Shown here: positions 48,001 to 56,830 of the stretch, one piece after another
Numbering within the stretch: position 1 is the stretch's first letter
Layout of the letters: each line of letters starts with the position of its first letter
DNA from: Lytechinus pictus
Lineage: Eukaryota
Assembly (NCBI RefSeq): GCF_037042905.1
Contig: NC_087255.1
Location: forward strand, 26,908,001 to 26,972,000
DNA: 64,000 bases
Reading direction: 5' to 3'
Notes under the pieces: generated by a model
What the model was told of the DNA's origin: nothing
Seen by the model: only the letters and a program-made list of their open reading frames with translations
The model's database searches: none
Made by a program: the position numbers and the translations under genes

Positions 48001-51000
48001 GCCACTTTCCAACGGTTGATGAATGCAGTGATCGCTGGTCTCGAAGGATGTCAGGCATACCTGGATGACATTGTGGTATATAGCAACACCTGGGAAGAGC
48101 ATCTGCATCGCCTGAAGTCTCTCTTCGATCGTCTCTCCAAGGCAAACTTGACTGTGAATCTGAAGAAGTCGGACTTTGCTCATGCACAGGTATCGTTCCT
48201 TGGCCATGTGGTTGGGCTTGGGACAGTAAGTCCAATCAGTGCAAAGGTAGGAGCCATTGTGGACTTCCCGGTTCCAGAGGATAAGCGAGCCCTACGTCGC
48301 TTTCTGGGGATGTCCGGATTCTATCGGAAATTCTGCAAGAACTTTGCTTCTGTTTCTGCACCTCTGACAAACCTACTGAAGAAAGATGTGCCATATACTT
48401 GGACACCGTCATGTCAGATCGCTTTTGAACGCTTGAAGGCAACTCTTGCTAGTGAGCCTGTCTTGGCAGCACCGGACTTCAGCAAGACGTTCGTGCTGGA
48501 AGTTGATGCTAGTGGTCTTGGAGTCGGAGGGGTTCTTCTTCAAAAAGATTGTGATGGGATAGAGCGACCAGTGTGCTACATGTCAAAGAAACTAAATAGC
48601 CATCAAGTTAAGTATAGCACTATTGAGAAGGAGACTCTCGCACTGATTCTTGGCCTTCAACACTTTGATGTCTACACATCGAACAATCCATTGGTGGTCA
48701 GAACAGACCACAATCCCTTGACCTTCCTCAACAGAATGAAGAACAAGAACGCTAGGCTGATGAGGTGGTCCTTGATGCTTCAGGAATACAATCTTACCAT
48801 AGAACACATACCCGGAAAGGACAATGTGATCGCGGATACCCTGTCTCGTGGATTTGCCGAGTAATATTGTATTGTAACCTAAACTGAGTAATGGTGAATT
48901 TGAATCCAACGGATGTTCTGGATCTTGATATTGATAATGATGAATCGGAACTTTGACAGATATACTTCAATTTGAACTGATCTTGGAAACTGGAAGTTGA
49001 ACAATCACAAACTGAACACTAACTGAAGTGCGAACTGATACTTCATCAAAATGAACACAAAGTGAACTTTAACTTCCATCATTGATCTTATTTTTGGCAA
49101 ACTGTTTGTTATTTTGTATCAAGATATACATGTACATTTATGCTCAGTCTTTGTCACTGGGGGCTTGTAAGCTTTATGGATGCAAACATTAAACAAAACA
49201 CAAAGAAATTGTACCTAAAATAAGTAATTGGGGCTGCGTTTTCATGGCATTGATTTCTGCTGATATTTTCTTCACAAAGTATATAGTTATCAGCTTAACC
49301 AATTTTATATTGGTGGTGTTTTTGATTAGTGATTTAAAAAAAAAAAATTGTGTGACAAAAATGAATGAGCATGATGTACAACTGTATTGCATTTTTCATA
49401 CAATGATGTTTTCACTTGTTGTTGTCGGTGGTTTTTGAGGATACTCAAATTCAAAACAAAAACCCTTATTTGGATGTGAAAGTATATTTTACTCAATCAC
49501 TCAATGAGTACATTTTTCATGTATTTGATTATTTGGATACTAACGTTCTCGAAAGGAATGTTATCTAATTAAACAAATTATTGAGTGTATTTTTAAACCA
49601 AGGTATTGATATCGGAAAGAGTTTAACAAATGCACGCACAAAAGGTTTTAGAATCAAAATTTCCATAAATCTGGAACTTTTATTCCTCAATAACCACATT
49701 TATTATTGATTATGTACTATTTTTGTCACGAAAGTTCTGTTATAACTTTCGTTCTTAGGGGTGGAGGTGTGACGACCCCAAGTCTGGATGTAGACTAGGA
49801 GTAATAAAAGAGTTCGCGGCTAGAGATCAAATACACAAACACGGCTTCCCTGTCTTTAAAAGATGTGTCATCGATTGTGAGGATTTGGGGTGACTTGAGA
49901 GTTGGAGAAGTTTAGGTTCTTGTGTGCTGAGATGTAGAGTTGGTCCTGGCCACGTAACATTCAGTGATACTCGATTACTCTTATGTCCAAGTTTTATGAA
50001 CTAGATCCATAAACCTTCAGAGTTAGGATGGTAATTTAACAAATACCCCCAACTTGGCCAAAGTTCATTGACCCTAAATGACCATTGACCTTGGTCATGT
50101 GACCTGAAACTCAGGAAGGATGTTCACTAATACTTGATTAACCTTATGTCCAAGTTTCATGTACTAGATCCATAAATTTTCAAAGTTATGATAATAATTC
50201 AACAAATACCCCCAACTTGACCAAAGTTCATTGACCCTAAATGACCTTTGACCTTGGTCATGTGACCTGAAACTCGAGCAGGATCTTCAGTAATACTTGA
50301 TTAACCTTATGTCCAAGTTTCATGAACTAGGTCCATATACTAAGTTATGATGTCATTTCAAAAACTTAACCTTGGGTTAAGATTTGATGTTGACGCCGCC
50401 GCCGCCGTCGGAAAAGCGGCGCCTATAGTCTCGCTCTGCTATGCAGGCGAGACAAAAACCCACCTGGAATAAGATTGTGCGTTTACAAAGCCTTTGGAAA
50501 GTAAATAAACTTGGTCCTTAAGTGGTTAAAACAATACTTCTATTTTAAACAAAGACTAACCTTCAGACTGAATATCCCATATCTTTAGATTACTGTCTGC
50601 ATCAATACTAACAAGGTGATCACCGAAAGGCAGCAAAAGATGAACATCAGAGTCGTGACCTGTGTACGTGTGAACGACCTAGATGAATGAATTAAAGAAA
50701 CAATGAGAAACTGATGCAGCATTCACACTAATAATTTTACCTGGAATAGTCTAGAAACTGGGTTGAAGTTACCTATTGAGGCAATATTCATACAATAATT
50801 TAGCCCAGAATAGTCTAGTTGCCTCGTTGAAAACACAAAATAATACATGCGTAAGCAGCATTAATATAGGTTAGTCTAGTACCAAGGCAACACTTTATAG
50901 TCAAATGAGCTCATAAATTGAACCTGTTCTGTTACAACTTTTGTTTGACATATGTCTATCCATAGTTAAAAACCATCACTTTAGAACAAATTTTTAATTG

Positions 51001-52978
51001 AACCCAAATGCAGAATGAAGGCGTTGAAATTTAACTGATTTAAGTCCATATCTATCAAGAATCTTTTGTCTGTTAAAGGACAAGTCAACCTCAACAAAAA
51101 GTTGATTTGAAAAAGAGGAGAAAAATCCAACTAGCAAAACACTGAAAATTTCATCAAAATCGGATGTCAAATAAGAAAGTTATGACATTTTAAAGTTTCG
51201 CTTAATTTCACAAAACAGTTATATGCACATCCTGGTCGGTATGCAAATTGGCAGACTGATGACGTCACCCACTCACTATTTCTTTTGTATTTTATTATAT
51301 GAAATATGAAATATTCTAATTTTCTCCTCCTTTTCAAATGAAACAAACTTTTATTTTTCCCTGAACATGTGGAATTACCATTATTTTAACAGTTTATGGT
51401 TAAGTTAAGTTGGTGCTTATTGTCAAATCTGTAAAAATTGAAAAATTGTATTATTCAAACAATAAAAAACAAAAGAAATAGTGAGTGATGGACATCATCG
51501 ACTCTCTCATTTGCATATCGCTGAGTTGTGTATTTAACCGTTTTGTGAAAAATAAGCGAAACTTAAAAATGTCATAACTTTCTTATTTTACATCCGATTT
51601 TTGAATTTGCAGCGTTATGTTTGTTTGATTTTTCTTTATCGATTCAAATCAACAATTTTCTTGAGTGGACTTGACCTTTAAGATTGCAACATCTCTCAAC
51701 ACCAGTCTTACTCCTCCCATTCTGATGCACTGCTGCAGATACAGTTGGCTCATATACTAATGAATACTTTTCTCATAATATATAGAAACACACCAATCTT
51801 TCATTTATATTGTAAGTCCTATTTCCAGTAAGATTAAACTGTAAAAATTCCATTACCAAACCCCAGTCTTTCAATTCCTTTTAAAACCAAACTCGTCTGC
51901 AACATTTTTTCAATCCTGAATCTGTGATGCGAAAGGCATTTCCACTTCTATACAGAACTATAGAACCTACCTTCTGTCCGAGTGTAAACGCCCTTACAAC
52001 ATTCTTGCAGGCGGTGTAGGCTAGAAAGGCATCGGCAACGAGGCAAGTGATATCATCTGGATGGGTGTCACCTAAAAATATGGGGGAATCATACGTTAGA
52101 TTTCATCCAAGCTTTGTGAAAATTATTGACATAAATGCTTGATAGTATGACTGCAACAATGGAAAAAGGTTCAGTGACATTTGCTCAGACAATTGCTTGT
52201 GAAAAAATAGGCCCCCCCCCCCAAAAAAAAAAATAAAACCCTCCTCCGCCACAGTTCTAACCCTTATCACAACATATATCCTTGCATTATTCTGAGAAAA
52301 AAACCCTCACCCATCAGGCATCACTTTGTATTCAGTGAAATAAGGAGGGGCATTTTTGTCACAGGATGAAATGTTCTTTAGGTCACCTAAAAGACAAGGC
52401 CTTTGTGACCTGACATATACCAATATCAAAATGGGATTAATAACGGTTTTATGACATTTGCTCCGGCGACAATTGCTTCGATAAAAAAATCTGCATGTTA
52501 AGCCAAACATAAAACATAACCTCCTAAACTAAATAAATCCTACTCCTTTTCTTTTACATTATTCTGAACCAAAAACTCTATTATGATCCTATGCCCTCTA
52601 AGACATTAAGACCGGAACAAATGTAAACCTTAATTACATCACATTTTTTTTTCAAATAGGCAGATAATGTTTATTTATCATTGCAACATTAAGCAAGTCA
52701 AAAAAACTTCTTCTAAATGCAGTACAGATTCATATGTGTTGATTTTGGAATTATATTTTGTCATAGAAATAACATTTTTTTAATTAAAAGTTGTTGATTG
52801 AAAATGAACTACTAGCCCAAGCCGAATATGGATCAATTAAGATATTAAAGCTAGTTTTACAAGCCCTGAAGTTGTTGGAACATAATAACAGATACATCTC
52901 ACATTCCCCAAACACACATACACAAGAAAACAAACCATCTCAATACTTACTAACAGCTACAATCCCCAACTTTGAAAC
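23861..52978 (-). CDS. WDR36: WD repeat-containing protein 36 (UTP21, SSU processome); exons 2 to last, exon 1 not in window
   Basis: 21 GT-AG exons, 2565 nt, 854 aa plus stop; motifs HPATYLNKILLGS, SPAVDVVAIG, RESDWDGIAACH, YNIQSGIHRG, KPKEPPKAPKAAPFFLPT match WDR36. Confidence 0.97.
24367..24554 (-). CDS. WDR36: WDR36 exon
   Basis: SLSPSQIDMELRSLDP...DYELIQAYLALFLK. Confidence 0.95.
24861..24948 (-). CDS. WDR36: WDR36 exon
   Basis: PSSQVLNLSSMEMKSDLCNLLEKG. Confidence 0.85.
25566..25682 (-). CDS. WDR36: WDR36 exon
   Basis: KRNKPKEPPKAPKAAPFFLPT. Confidence 0.95.
26305..26535 (-). mobile_element. tRNA-derived SINE
   Basis: Reverse copy of the 18821 family; B box GGGTTCGATCCCC. Confidence 0.65.
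26726..26907 (-). CDS. WDR36: WDR36 exon (acidic linker)
   Basis: ...EFKSPDQLGEELITLSLLPNSRWQSLTHLDLIK; aag acceptor. Confidence 0.9.
27502..27632. mobile_element. CWG-type MITE abutting a WDR36 donor site
   Basis: CAG|GGGAACATTTCATGAA ... TTCATGAAACAC. Confidence 0.55.
27640..27737 (-). CDS. WDR36: WDR36 exon
   Basis: SNKTLYSHVSMRSLPEDYVPTLISLPGT. Confidence 0.92.
27741..27952. mobile_element. CWG-target MITE inserted in a WDR36 splice acceptor
   Basis: CTG|GGGGGTGTTTCACAAAGAT ... ATCTTTGTGAAACATCCCC|CTG. Confidence 0.8.
28289..28555. mobile_element. CWG-type MITE
   Basis: CCGTCTTACAAAGAGTTACGATTGATCCG / CGGATCAATCGTAACTCTTGGTAAGACGG; CAG and CTG flanks. Confidence 0.7.
28868..28975 (-). 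CDS. WDR36: WDR36 exon
   Basis: LIDCFLVDAAVTSLTLSPTNDFLATSHVDDLGIYLW. Confidence 0.95.
29912..29991 (-). CDS. WDR36: WDR36 exon
   Basis: AFSQDARWLITASMDCTVRTWDLPTA. Confidence 0.95.
30709..30817 (-). CDS. WDR36: WDR36 exon
   Basis: SMLAVVTDDFTVHVVD...RRFSGHHNRITDL. Confidence 0.95.
31373..31538 (-). CDS. WDR36: WDR36 exon
   Basis: AHDGAIRGLVINGLNQVVITGSADRHLKFWHFK...MLLHRE. Confidence 0.95.
32132..32246 (-). CDS. WDR36: WDR36 exon
   Basis: AVDISSCGNFVAVGWSTGDADLYNIQSGIHRG. Confidence 0.95.
32786..32934 (-). CDS. WDR36: WDR36 exon
   Basis: ETSRESDWDGIAACHRG..TTWNYQKS. Confidence 0.95.
33515..33664 (-). CDS. WDR36: WDR36 exon
   Basis: GQDGTLKSFSTVHDKHNKDLG...ITCFAA. Confidence 0.95.
33718..33985 (-). 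mobile_element. SINE remnant
   Basis: TGGGTACTCATTTAACACCTGGGTGAGAG core and a degenerate tRNA-like head, similar to the 17302 SINE. Confidence 0.5.
34387..34507 (-). CDS. WDR36: WDR36 exon
   Basis: VWIFDQPDGSGRILRLRKGHSAPPTSIKYYG. Confidence 0.95.
34535..34745. repeat. (CAT)n microsatellite
   Basis: Direct inspection. Confidence 0.8.
34819..34994 (-). CDS. WDR36: WDR36 exon
   Basis: DGNPIMVTGSTAGHLAVWNLE...EPILVTNGGDNTLK. Confidence 0.95.
36361..37104. mobile_element. piggyBac-like MITE
   Basis: TTAA|CCCTAAACAGGCCGG ... CCGGCCTAGTTAGGG|TTAA; near-identical to 40748-41523. Confidence 0.85.
37182..38734. mobile_element. piggyBac-like MITE (opposite orientation) interrupted by a nested element
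   Basis: TTAA|CCCTAAATAGACTGG ... CCAGTCTTTTTTAGGG|TTAA. Confidence 0.8.
37937..38718. mobile_element. Non-autonomous TAG...CTA element with 6-bp TSD (hAT6-like)
   Basis: 19-bp TIR TAGGGACAGTGATTTTCCG; TSD CCAGTC at 37931-37936 and 38719-38724; many subterminal TTCCGT motifs. Confidence 0.8.
38827..38959 (-). CDS. WDR36: WDR36 exon
   Basis: SPAVDVVAIGLANGKIILHNIKYDET..FTQDWGPVTDIAFRT. Confidence 0.95.
40210..40264 (-). CDS. WDR36: WDR36 exon
   Basis: NKLLYTFQNLDSPITVIKQ. Confidence 0.9.
40453..41826. mobile_element. Kolobok-like MITE interrupted by a piggyBac-like MITE
   Basis: TTAA|AGGTTGAAGTCCACC ... GGTGGACTTGTCCT|TTAA; uninterrupted relative at 51077-51677. Confidence 0.8.
40748..41523. 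mobile_element. piggyBac-like MITE (nested)
   Basis: TTAA|CCCTAAAATGGCCGG ... GGCCTAGTTAGGG|TTAA. Confidence 0.85.
42106..42238 (-). CDS. WDR36: WDR36 exon
   Basis: ELYLDLPFDNGVFRISALMHPATYLNKILLGSHQGGMQLWNIKS. Confidence 0.97.
42685..42870. mobile_element. CWG-target MITE with introner-like ends
   Basis: CAG|GTGGGTGTTTCATAAAGCTG ... CAGCTTTATGAAACAGCCCC|CAG. Confidence 0.8.
43648..43839 (+). repeat. 5' LTR (192 bp)
   Basis: TGTGACGACC...CACGTAACA; identical by eye to the 3' LTR. Confidence 0.97.
43844..43861 (+). promoter_or_regulatory. Primer-binding site, degenerate tRNA-Pro type
   Basis: TGGGACCTTGTCCAGGAG versus canonical TGGGGGCTCGTCCGGGAT (13/18). Confidence 0.6.
44278..48864 (+). 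CDS. Gag-Pol polyprotein (Gag-CCHC-PR-INT-RT-RNaseH), 1528 aa from the first ATG
   Basis: CYYCKQEGHRMSEC; LRDTGAT; HHCC plus IVDCVGP/QSDQGSNF/GALERFH; YLDD; EVDASG/IEKE/RTDHNPL/IADTLSR; no stops. Confidence 0.97.
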   Translation: MAEDRVRSFVDGPTPELLGQLTKAELVEAARLLDVSVRPSFRKDEVKDCIRQFLVQTDIWSADVDSEEEGDDSASSIGSRDSELNLKTLEAQLKLKELELRTKEVELQMKSLDLKSKELNVRSGDSSGKFDACKYVRLVPKFDESKVEEFFQHFEKVAVNLGWERSVWPTLVQSVLIGRAQEVYASLSVEEGGCYEQLKSSVLRAYELVPEAHRQAFRNAKKGERGTYVDLVRKKVVHFERWLSSTGVNSFDSLKELMLSEELKRSVTHELRQYLEEREVVNVHRAAVLLDEYVLTHKVVERSKPQGKVNQFVGKKDSSWKDESQGSNNTVKSGNRQKLVPGPCYYCKQEGHRMSECSKLKKKREKEGFGERKVVHNALVSVKRENRAVSVGYKPFMTEGFVGLSGSSEEVPVRILRDTGATQTLLLANVLPFSEDSAVHSDVFVKGIGGVIQVPLHSVNLKSDIVSGQVVVAVSPALPVEGVSLLLGNDLAGDKVLPHPVKSNIPVTDEETESLVKEMPDVFSSCVLTRSMAAKAKQERENSEQGLKETSPDTVDLGDSFLGHLDDNSVFCQVDDSKSAEDGSGVYQDGETDIGLNRLSLIDAQGKDPELVESINGALSEEEAVNESTCFYMKDDILMRRWRPPDASLDEDWRVIHQVVVPKVFRRQILKVSHETGLGGHLGVNKTVNRILKHFFWPGLRSDVSEFCRACHACQVVGKPNQKIPPAPLRPIPAFDEPFSTIIVDCVGPLPKTKAGHEYLLTMMCAATRFPEAVPLRRITAQNVCKALVKFFSLVGLPRIIQSDQGSNFTSKLFRQVMSQLGIRCVNSSAYHPESQGALERFHQTLKNMMRTYCFQCEKEWDEGLPLLLFAVKESVQDSLGFSPFDLVFGHTVRGPLLVLKEKMLESDEKCGLLDYVSRFRERLSYSRELAMQHMKTAQADMKKVFDRKARERSFDPGSKVLVLLPIPGNCLQARYSGPYVVEKKVSEVNYVIRTPDKRKQKRLCHINMLKEYVESNEDCAAKSVASVGVACGRSDDVDVEEQKEVGLSLPEVKLDNSEVLENLCERLNYLPVSKRESLQELISEYSHLFGDIPSRTTLVEHDVDLGECTPIKQHPYRLNPSKLEILRKEVNYMIVNDIIEPSSSQWSSPCVLVPKKDGSYRFCTDYRLLNSKSKSDSYPIPRIDDLIDKIGSAKFVSKLDLLKGYWQVPLSPRAQELSAFVTPDGLYQYKVMPFGMKNSPATFQRLMNAVIAGLEGCQAYLDDIVVYSNTWEEHLHRLKSLFDRLSKANLTVNLKKSDFAHAQVSFLGHVVGLGTVSPISAKVGAIVDFPVPEDKRALRRFLGMSGFYRKFCKNFASVSAPLTNLLKKDVPYTWTPSCQIAFERLKATLASEPVLAAPDFSKTFVLEVDASGLGVGGVLLQKDCDGIERPVCYMSKKLNSHQVKYSTIEKETLALILGLQHFDVYTSNNPLVVRTDHNPLTFLNRMKNKNARLMRWSLMLQEYNLTIEHIPGKDNVIADTLSRGFAE
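49768..49959 (+). repeat. 3' LTR (192 bp)
   Basis: Preceded by the PPT at 49757-49767 and followed by TSD TTCAG. Confidence 0.97.
50561..50678 (-). CDS. WDR36: WDR36 exon
   Basis: VVHTYTGHDSDVHLLLPFGDHLVSIDADSNLKIWDIQSE. Confidence 0.95.
51077..51677. mobile_element. Kolobok-like MITE
   Basis: TTAA|AGGACAAGTCAACC ... GTGGACTTGACCT|TTAA; long imperfect TIRs. Confidence 0.8.
51971..52071 (-). CDS. WDR36: WDR36 exon 3
   Basis: SDTHPDDITCLVADAFLAYTACKNVVRAF. Confidence 0.9.
52951..52978 (-). CDS. WDR36: WDR36 exon 2 (28-nt microexon)
   Basis: cag|GTT TCA AAG TTG GGG ATT GTA GCT GTT A|gtaagt = VSKLGIVAV(S), matching human VQKLSLVAVS as recalled. Confidence 0.88.
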
Positions 52979-53267
52979 CTGAAACACAAAGTGAGATAAT
53001 AGTATGAGACAAATACTTGTCTTCTCAAAGAAAAAACAGAATCAGATTAATTTTTTCTTAAACAATTAAAATAGGTGAATAATGATTTTTTGCAAGAGCG
53101 ATCTTCAATTACAAGTAAGCTTGTATAAGATCTTATCAGATTCTGTCCCATTTCCATTTCTATCCTTTAAATTTTTCAGCAAGCCAGACAATTGAAACCA
53201 TGTTGTCTTGTCTTTCCATTAATGCCCACAATCATTATATTGATTATTATGGCAATTGTACATCAAG

Positions 53268-53614
53268 AATGACTTGACCTGAAGATTTTTGCCGGGACCA
53301 ACATGTGCAATACACCGGGTGAACACCCTACTCTTTGACCAATAATGTATTTGGTTTTAACGTTCACTGGTTGTGACTCTCCTATATACACACGAGTGAC
53401 GCGACCAAGATTTGCGTCCTTTCCGATGGACGGAGTGTTTTCCAACTGCATTCATACCTGCACTAAATACAGTGGTGAGGCATGCTTACACACAAAGCTA
53501 TACCATCAGATTTTGTTAGACGCGTTTCGGCATGAGCGGGTTTCGAATCCCTCACCGAGATCTACGATCTTATCCGAAACAGGTGCTCTAACCGACTGAG
53601 CTACGCTGCCTCCC
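53268..53614 (-). mobile_element. tRNA-derived SINE
   Basis: Head GGCAGCGTAGCTCAGTCGGTTAGAGC (A box) and GGATTCGAAACCC (B box), followed by non-tRNA body. Confidence 0.65.
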
Positions 53615-54759
53615 AGGCACTGCAGCAGGCTGAATTTTTAAGCTGAATTCATTTCAGATTCGATTTTCCATTCCTCTATGTCGCAAGACTTAGCCATTTT
53701 AAAATATGGAGGTGGGAGGTTGGGCTTCCCCGGGCCATCTGGCTTGGATTTTCATGAAATTGCCCCACGATTGAGTGCATGTGAGCCAGCAGGATATGCG
53801 CAAGTCGATGGGACCCACATGTATGACAATTGTCGTGTAGTTTCCATTGAAAACGGAGGAATATTGTTTGCAAAGGGTTTGGTAATTTGGTGAATGTATA
53901 TATTAGAAAATTGTCTTTGAAGGCCACAGAATTGTGCCTTTTACAAATAAAAATTGCAAAACAAATGAAATCTGTTGCATGCCCCATAATCTTTGATCTA
54001 CCAGTGAGGATAGATTCAATTAAAATACTAGATTGAGATACAGTTTTTAACTTTTTACCATGAACTTCTCATATTTGTATTTTATTTATTTTTGTAGATG
54101 AATTTGGGACACAGGTTTTTTGAGGAACATTGAATGGAGCAGTCATCTTGATCTTACCAATGACATCAACCTACCAATCAGAACCGCTGCTATTCTATCT
54201 GCAGTTTCAACAGGGCCCTGTCCACGGAGGATTATATTGTTACAATAGATATCCTCTATGGCCAGGTCTATGAGTTTCCAGGCTACTTGGTTGTACCTGC
54301 CTGTACCATCCATGGCAATATCCTGGCCTGTGACCTGGTTGCGATGCGATGTGTTAACACATTGCAAGATCAAGTGCAGTGTTTACTGCAAATTAGTACC
54401 AAAATTCCAAGAAAGAATCAAATTGGTTAACTCTTTATTGTTGGTGAAAGAGAATAAGAGATGGTAGAGAAAGGTTATCAAAGATATCATGTTTGATGCA
54501 GCTGTTAGTAGAAGTGGTTTCTAATTTTTTTTAATTTTTTTTTTATGATGATGCCTGCAAGCGAAGTGTGGTTGTGTGAAATGCAAATTATGGTTTGAGA
54601 GTTTCATCTTTATTTGTATCTTTTTTTATTCATTTGTTTATTTTATGTACGTTTTAAGTTGTTATTTTTACAATTTATGATTTGAAGGTTCATGTACCAC
54701 TTCATCACACCTTTTAGTTTGCTAATACACATCATAAAAACTATCAAGGTGTTCTAGGA

Positions 54760-56830
54760 CAATGAATACTTCATATTCAACAGGACAATGGAAGGTTTCA
54801 TTGGTTTCAAGTGTGCAGAGGCAGGCCTCACAACGACTAACATCTCTTCAAAAATAAACAAAATAACTCTGACGAATGGGATGGTTGCAGAACTTGCCCC
54901 ATTCATTAACAGTGACCTAATAAAATGTAATCCTGTATCACTCAATTCAGCAATGGGGAGGGTGAAGGAGAAGTGTTCCAAACTGAAGAAGAATGCAACA
55001 ACTGCTGGGAAGAAAGCCCATAAAGAGTATTTAGCGCAGTATTCAACACAGAGACTAAGCAGAAGATGGAACCGTGTAAGGCAGTGTAAAAATTGCATAG
55101 GTCTTGTCAGGAGCTTGAAAACATTTGAAAAGAAAAAAAGAAGAGAGTGTGCGTCGTCTGCAAAAAAAAGTTGGAGGAGTGTGAGAGGAAAAGATTAGAG
55201 GATAGAAGTGCTTCCAAGGAAATAAAAGCTTTGTATTCCATCATTGGAAAAGATGGAGAAAGATGTCATTCAGAACTTTAAGAGACTTGGAACCAGCCGG
55301 TCTATGTGGCGATGTACATGTAAATTTCAGGCCTTGAATTCCACCTACACTCGAGTCAAGTCACTGCATCGCAGAGCAATAAACAGATGTAAACTGTATA
55401 AATCGAAGTCTAAGAAGAGCAAAGAACCCTGACGTAAACAGGCCCAGCAAAGACCGCCGGCTAATCTTGGACAAGTAGATTATATAGATGATCTTCATAG
55501 AAATATTGATGAGTTAGAAGAACAAGTAGAAAATTTCACCAAACCTCTTTGTGCGAAGGAAGGAAAAGAATATTCAAGCAGTATCAGACAAGTCTCGTAC
55601 TTCCTTCAGGTCAGTATATTCTGTTGTCTAACAATCAACAAAAACAAAATTGACTGCTTAACAATTACATATGAAATATACTAAACAGGGTTTCTGCAAG
55701 TGGAAGCATATCATCACACAACACAGAAATTTTCGAGGTTTTCTAAGTACCCGTATTAAAAAAAGTGGTAATAATGCAAAGAAGTGAAAATCATATTTCG
55801 ATAAACAATTCAATGAAAATGTGTAGTTATATGTCTTACATATAAGGGCAGAATCTATGCGTTACTTCTGAAATGAAGACCTAATCAAGAGAACAGGTAA
55901 AAGAGGGAGTAGAAGGTGAACATAGCCTAACCCTGAAATATGATGGAACAACAAAAGGCCGCCTGGGACACCTGGCAGAGATAGGTGTCAATAAGATCAG
56001 CAACCTTCCTGACAGGTGTCCAGCAGCAACCAGGGGGCACAGCAGCTGACTACGTGAATTCCATAAAGGTGTCATGTGAAGAAGTTGAGGAAGATCTTCT
56101 CAGAAAAGTCAAGAACACTATGACTGATCGATGTACAACAAACTCAGCAGTTGACAAGGAATTGGAGGAGTCTGGGAGTTGTATCAACTCCTTCCGTTTT
56201 GCAATGCACCCGTTGGATTATTTGGCCCAACAAGTTAATAGCATCCTTTGTACCGAAGACAAGAAGAAGGCCTCTGCTTCGGGATCTACATGTATGCCAT
56301 TCCAGAAATCTGGAGAGGGCAGAATCCAGGCACCTCTTAGAGCGGCTGACAAGATATTGAACAATGCTGCAAGCGGGGACAACGTTGGAATAAAGACATA
56401 CCTTCGTGACAAGGGGTTGCCCTCCACTCTTCCACGCTGGGTGGGAAACAGGTTTAATATATTGTTTGGTAATTCTGTCGTTCTGTTCAGGTGCGGTGGT
56501 GGAATACTAGAGTATTTCACCAAGCAAGGGCAAGGTGCAGCGGCCTCAGAACGATCTTCAAAGAGCGTTTATTAATGCATGGACCTCCTTTTCAAAAGCT
56601 GAATTGAGATGTCTTGGTGTTCTTCAGTGTACGGTGATGGAACCCTGGAAATGCATGGCTGGGAGGGACTTTCCGATCCTGGAGATGAACAACTTGTTTC
56701 TTCAAGCGCGTAACACCCTTTCAAGACTGGGACTCTGGGAGCAACAGCCTCTAGAGCAAAGTCTTTGAGGGTATATCCATCTTCGGACATGACATCGATG
56801 ACGAATCGTGGGCTTCACTAAGCCAAGTGC
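54760..56830 (+). pseudogene. Frameshifted DDE transposase relic, superfamily uncertain
   Basis: LTLKYDGTTK (about 55930), frameshift, GGTAADY...KNTMTDRCTTN...F(for C)AMHPL...VGNRFNILF; upstream basic coiled-coil fragments with stops. Confidence 0.6.

Larger units (their letters stand above)
43648..49959 (+). mobile_element. Full-length Gmr1-type Ty3/Gypsy LTR retrotransposon
   Basis: TG...CA LTRs at 43648-43839 and 49768-49959; TSD TTCAG; PBS; PPT AGGGGTGGAGG; single gag-pol ORF. Confidence 0.97.
43148..50458. mobile_element. Helentron/HINE-like non-autonomous element carrying about 163-bp tandem repeats, interrupted by the LTR element
   Basis: Subterminal inverted repeat GTCTCGCCTGCA (43170) / TGCAGGCGAGAC (about 50442); terminal hairpin; about 4 units containing TGACCTTTGACC; A-rich insertion site with no clear TSD. 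Confidence 0.65.
42983..50463. mobile_element. Second copy of the 42685 MITE family, split by nested insertions (arms about 42983-43147 and 50457-50463)
   Basis: GGGGCTTTCATAAAGCTG...AACTTTATGA[insert]AACCCAC|CTG. Confidence 0.6.

Noticed and set aside
48865-49756. Possible env-like ORF in the retrotransposon 3' region
   Set aside because: Only short AT-rich ORFs under 70 aa; treated as 3' UTR.
53540-53614. tRNA-like sequences here and near 17470, 18830 and 26480
   Set aside because: A and B boxes run into SINE bodies without a complete cloverleaf; these are SINE heads, not tRNA genes.
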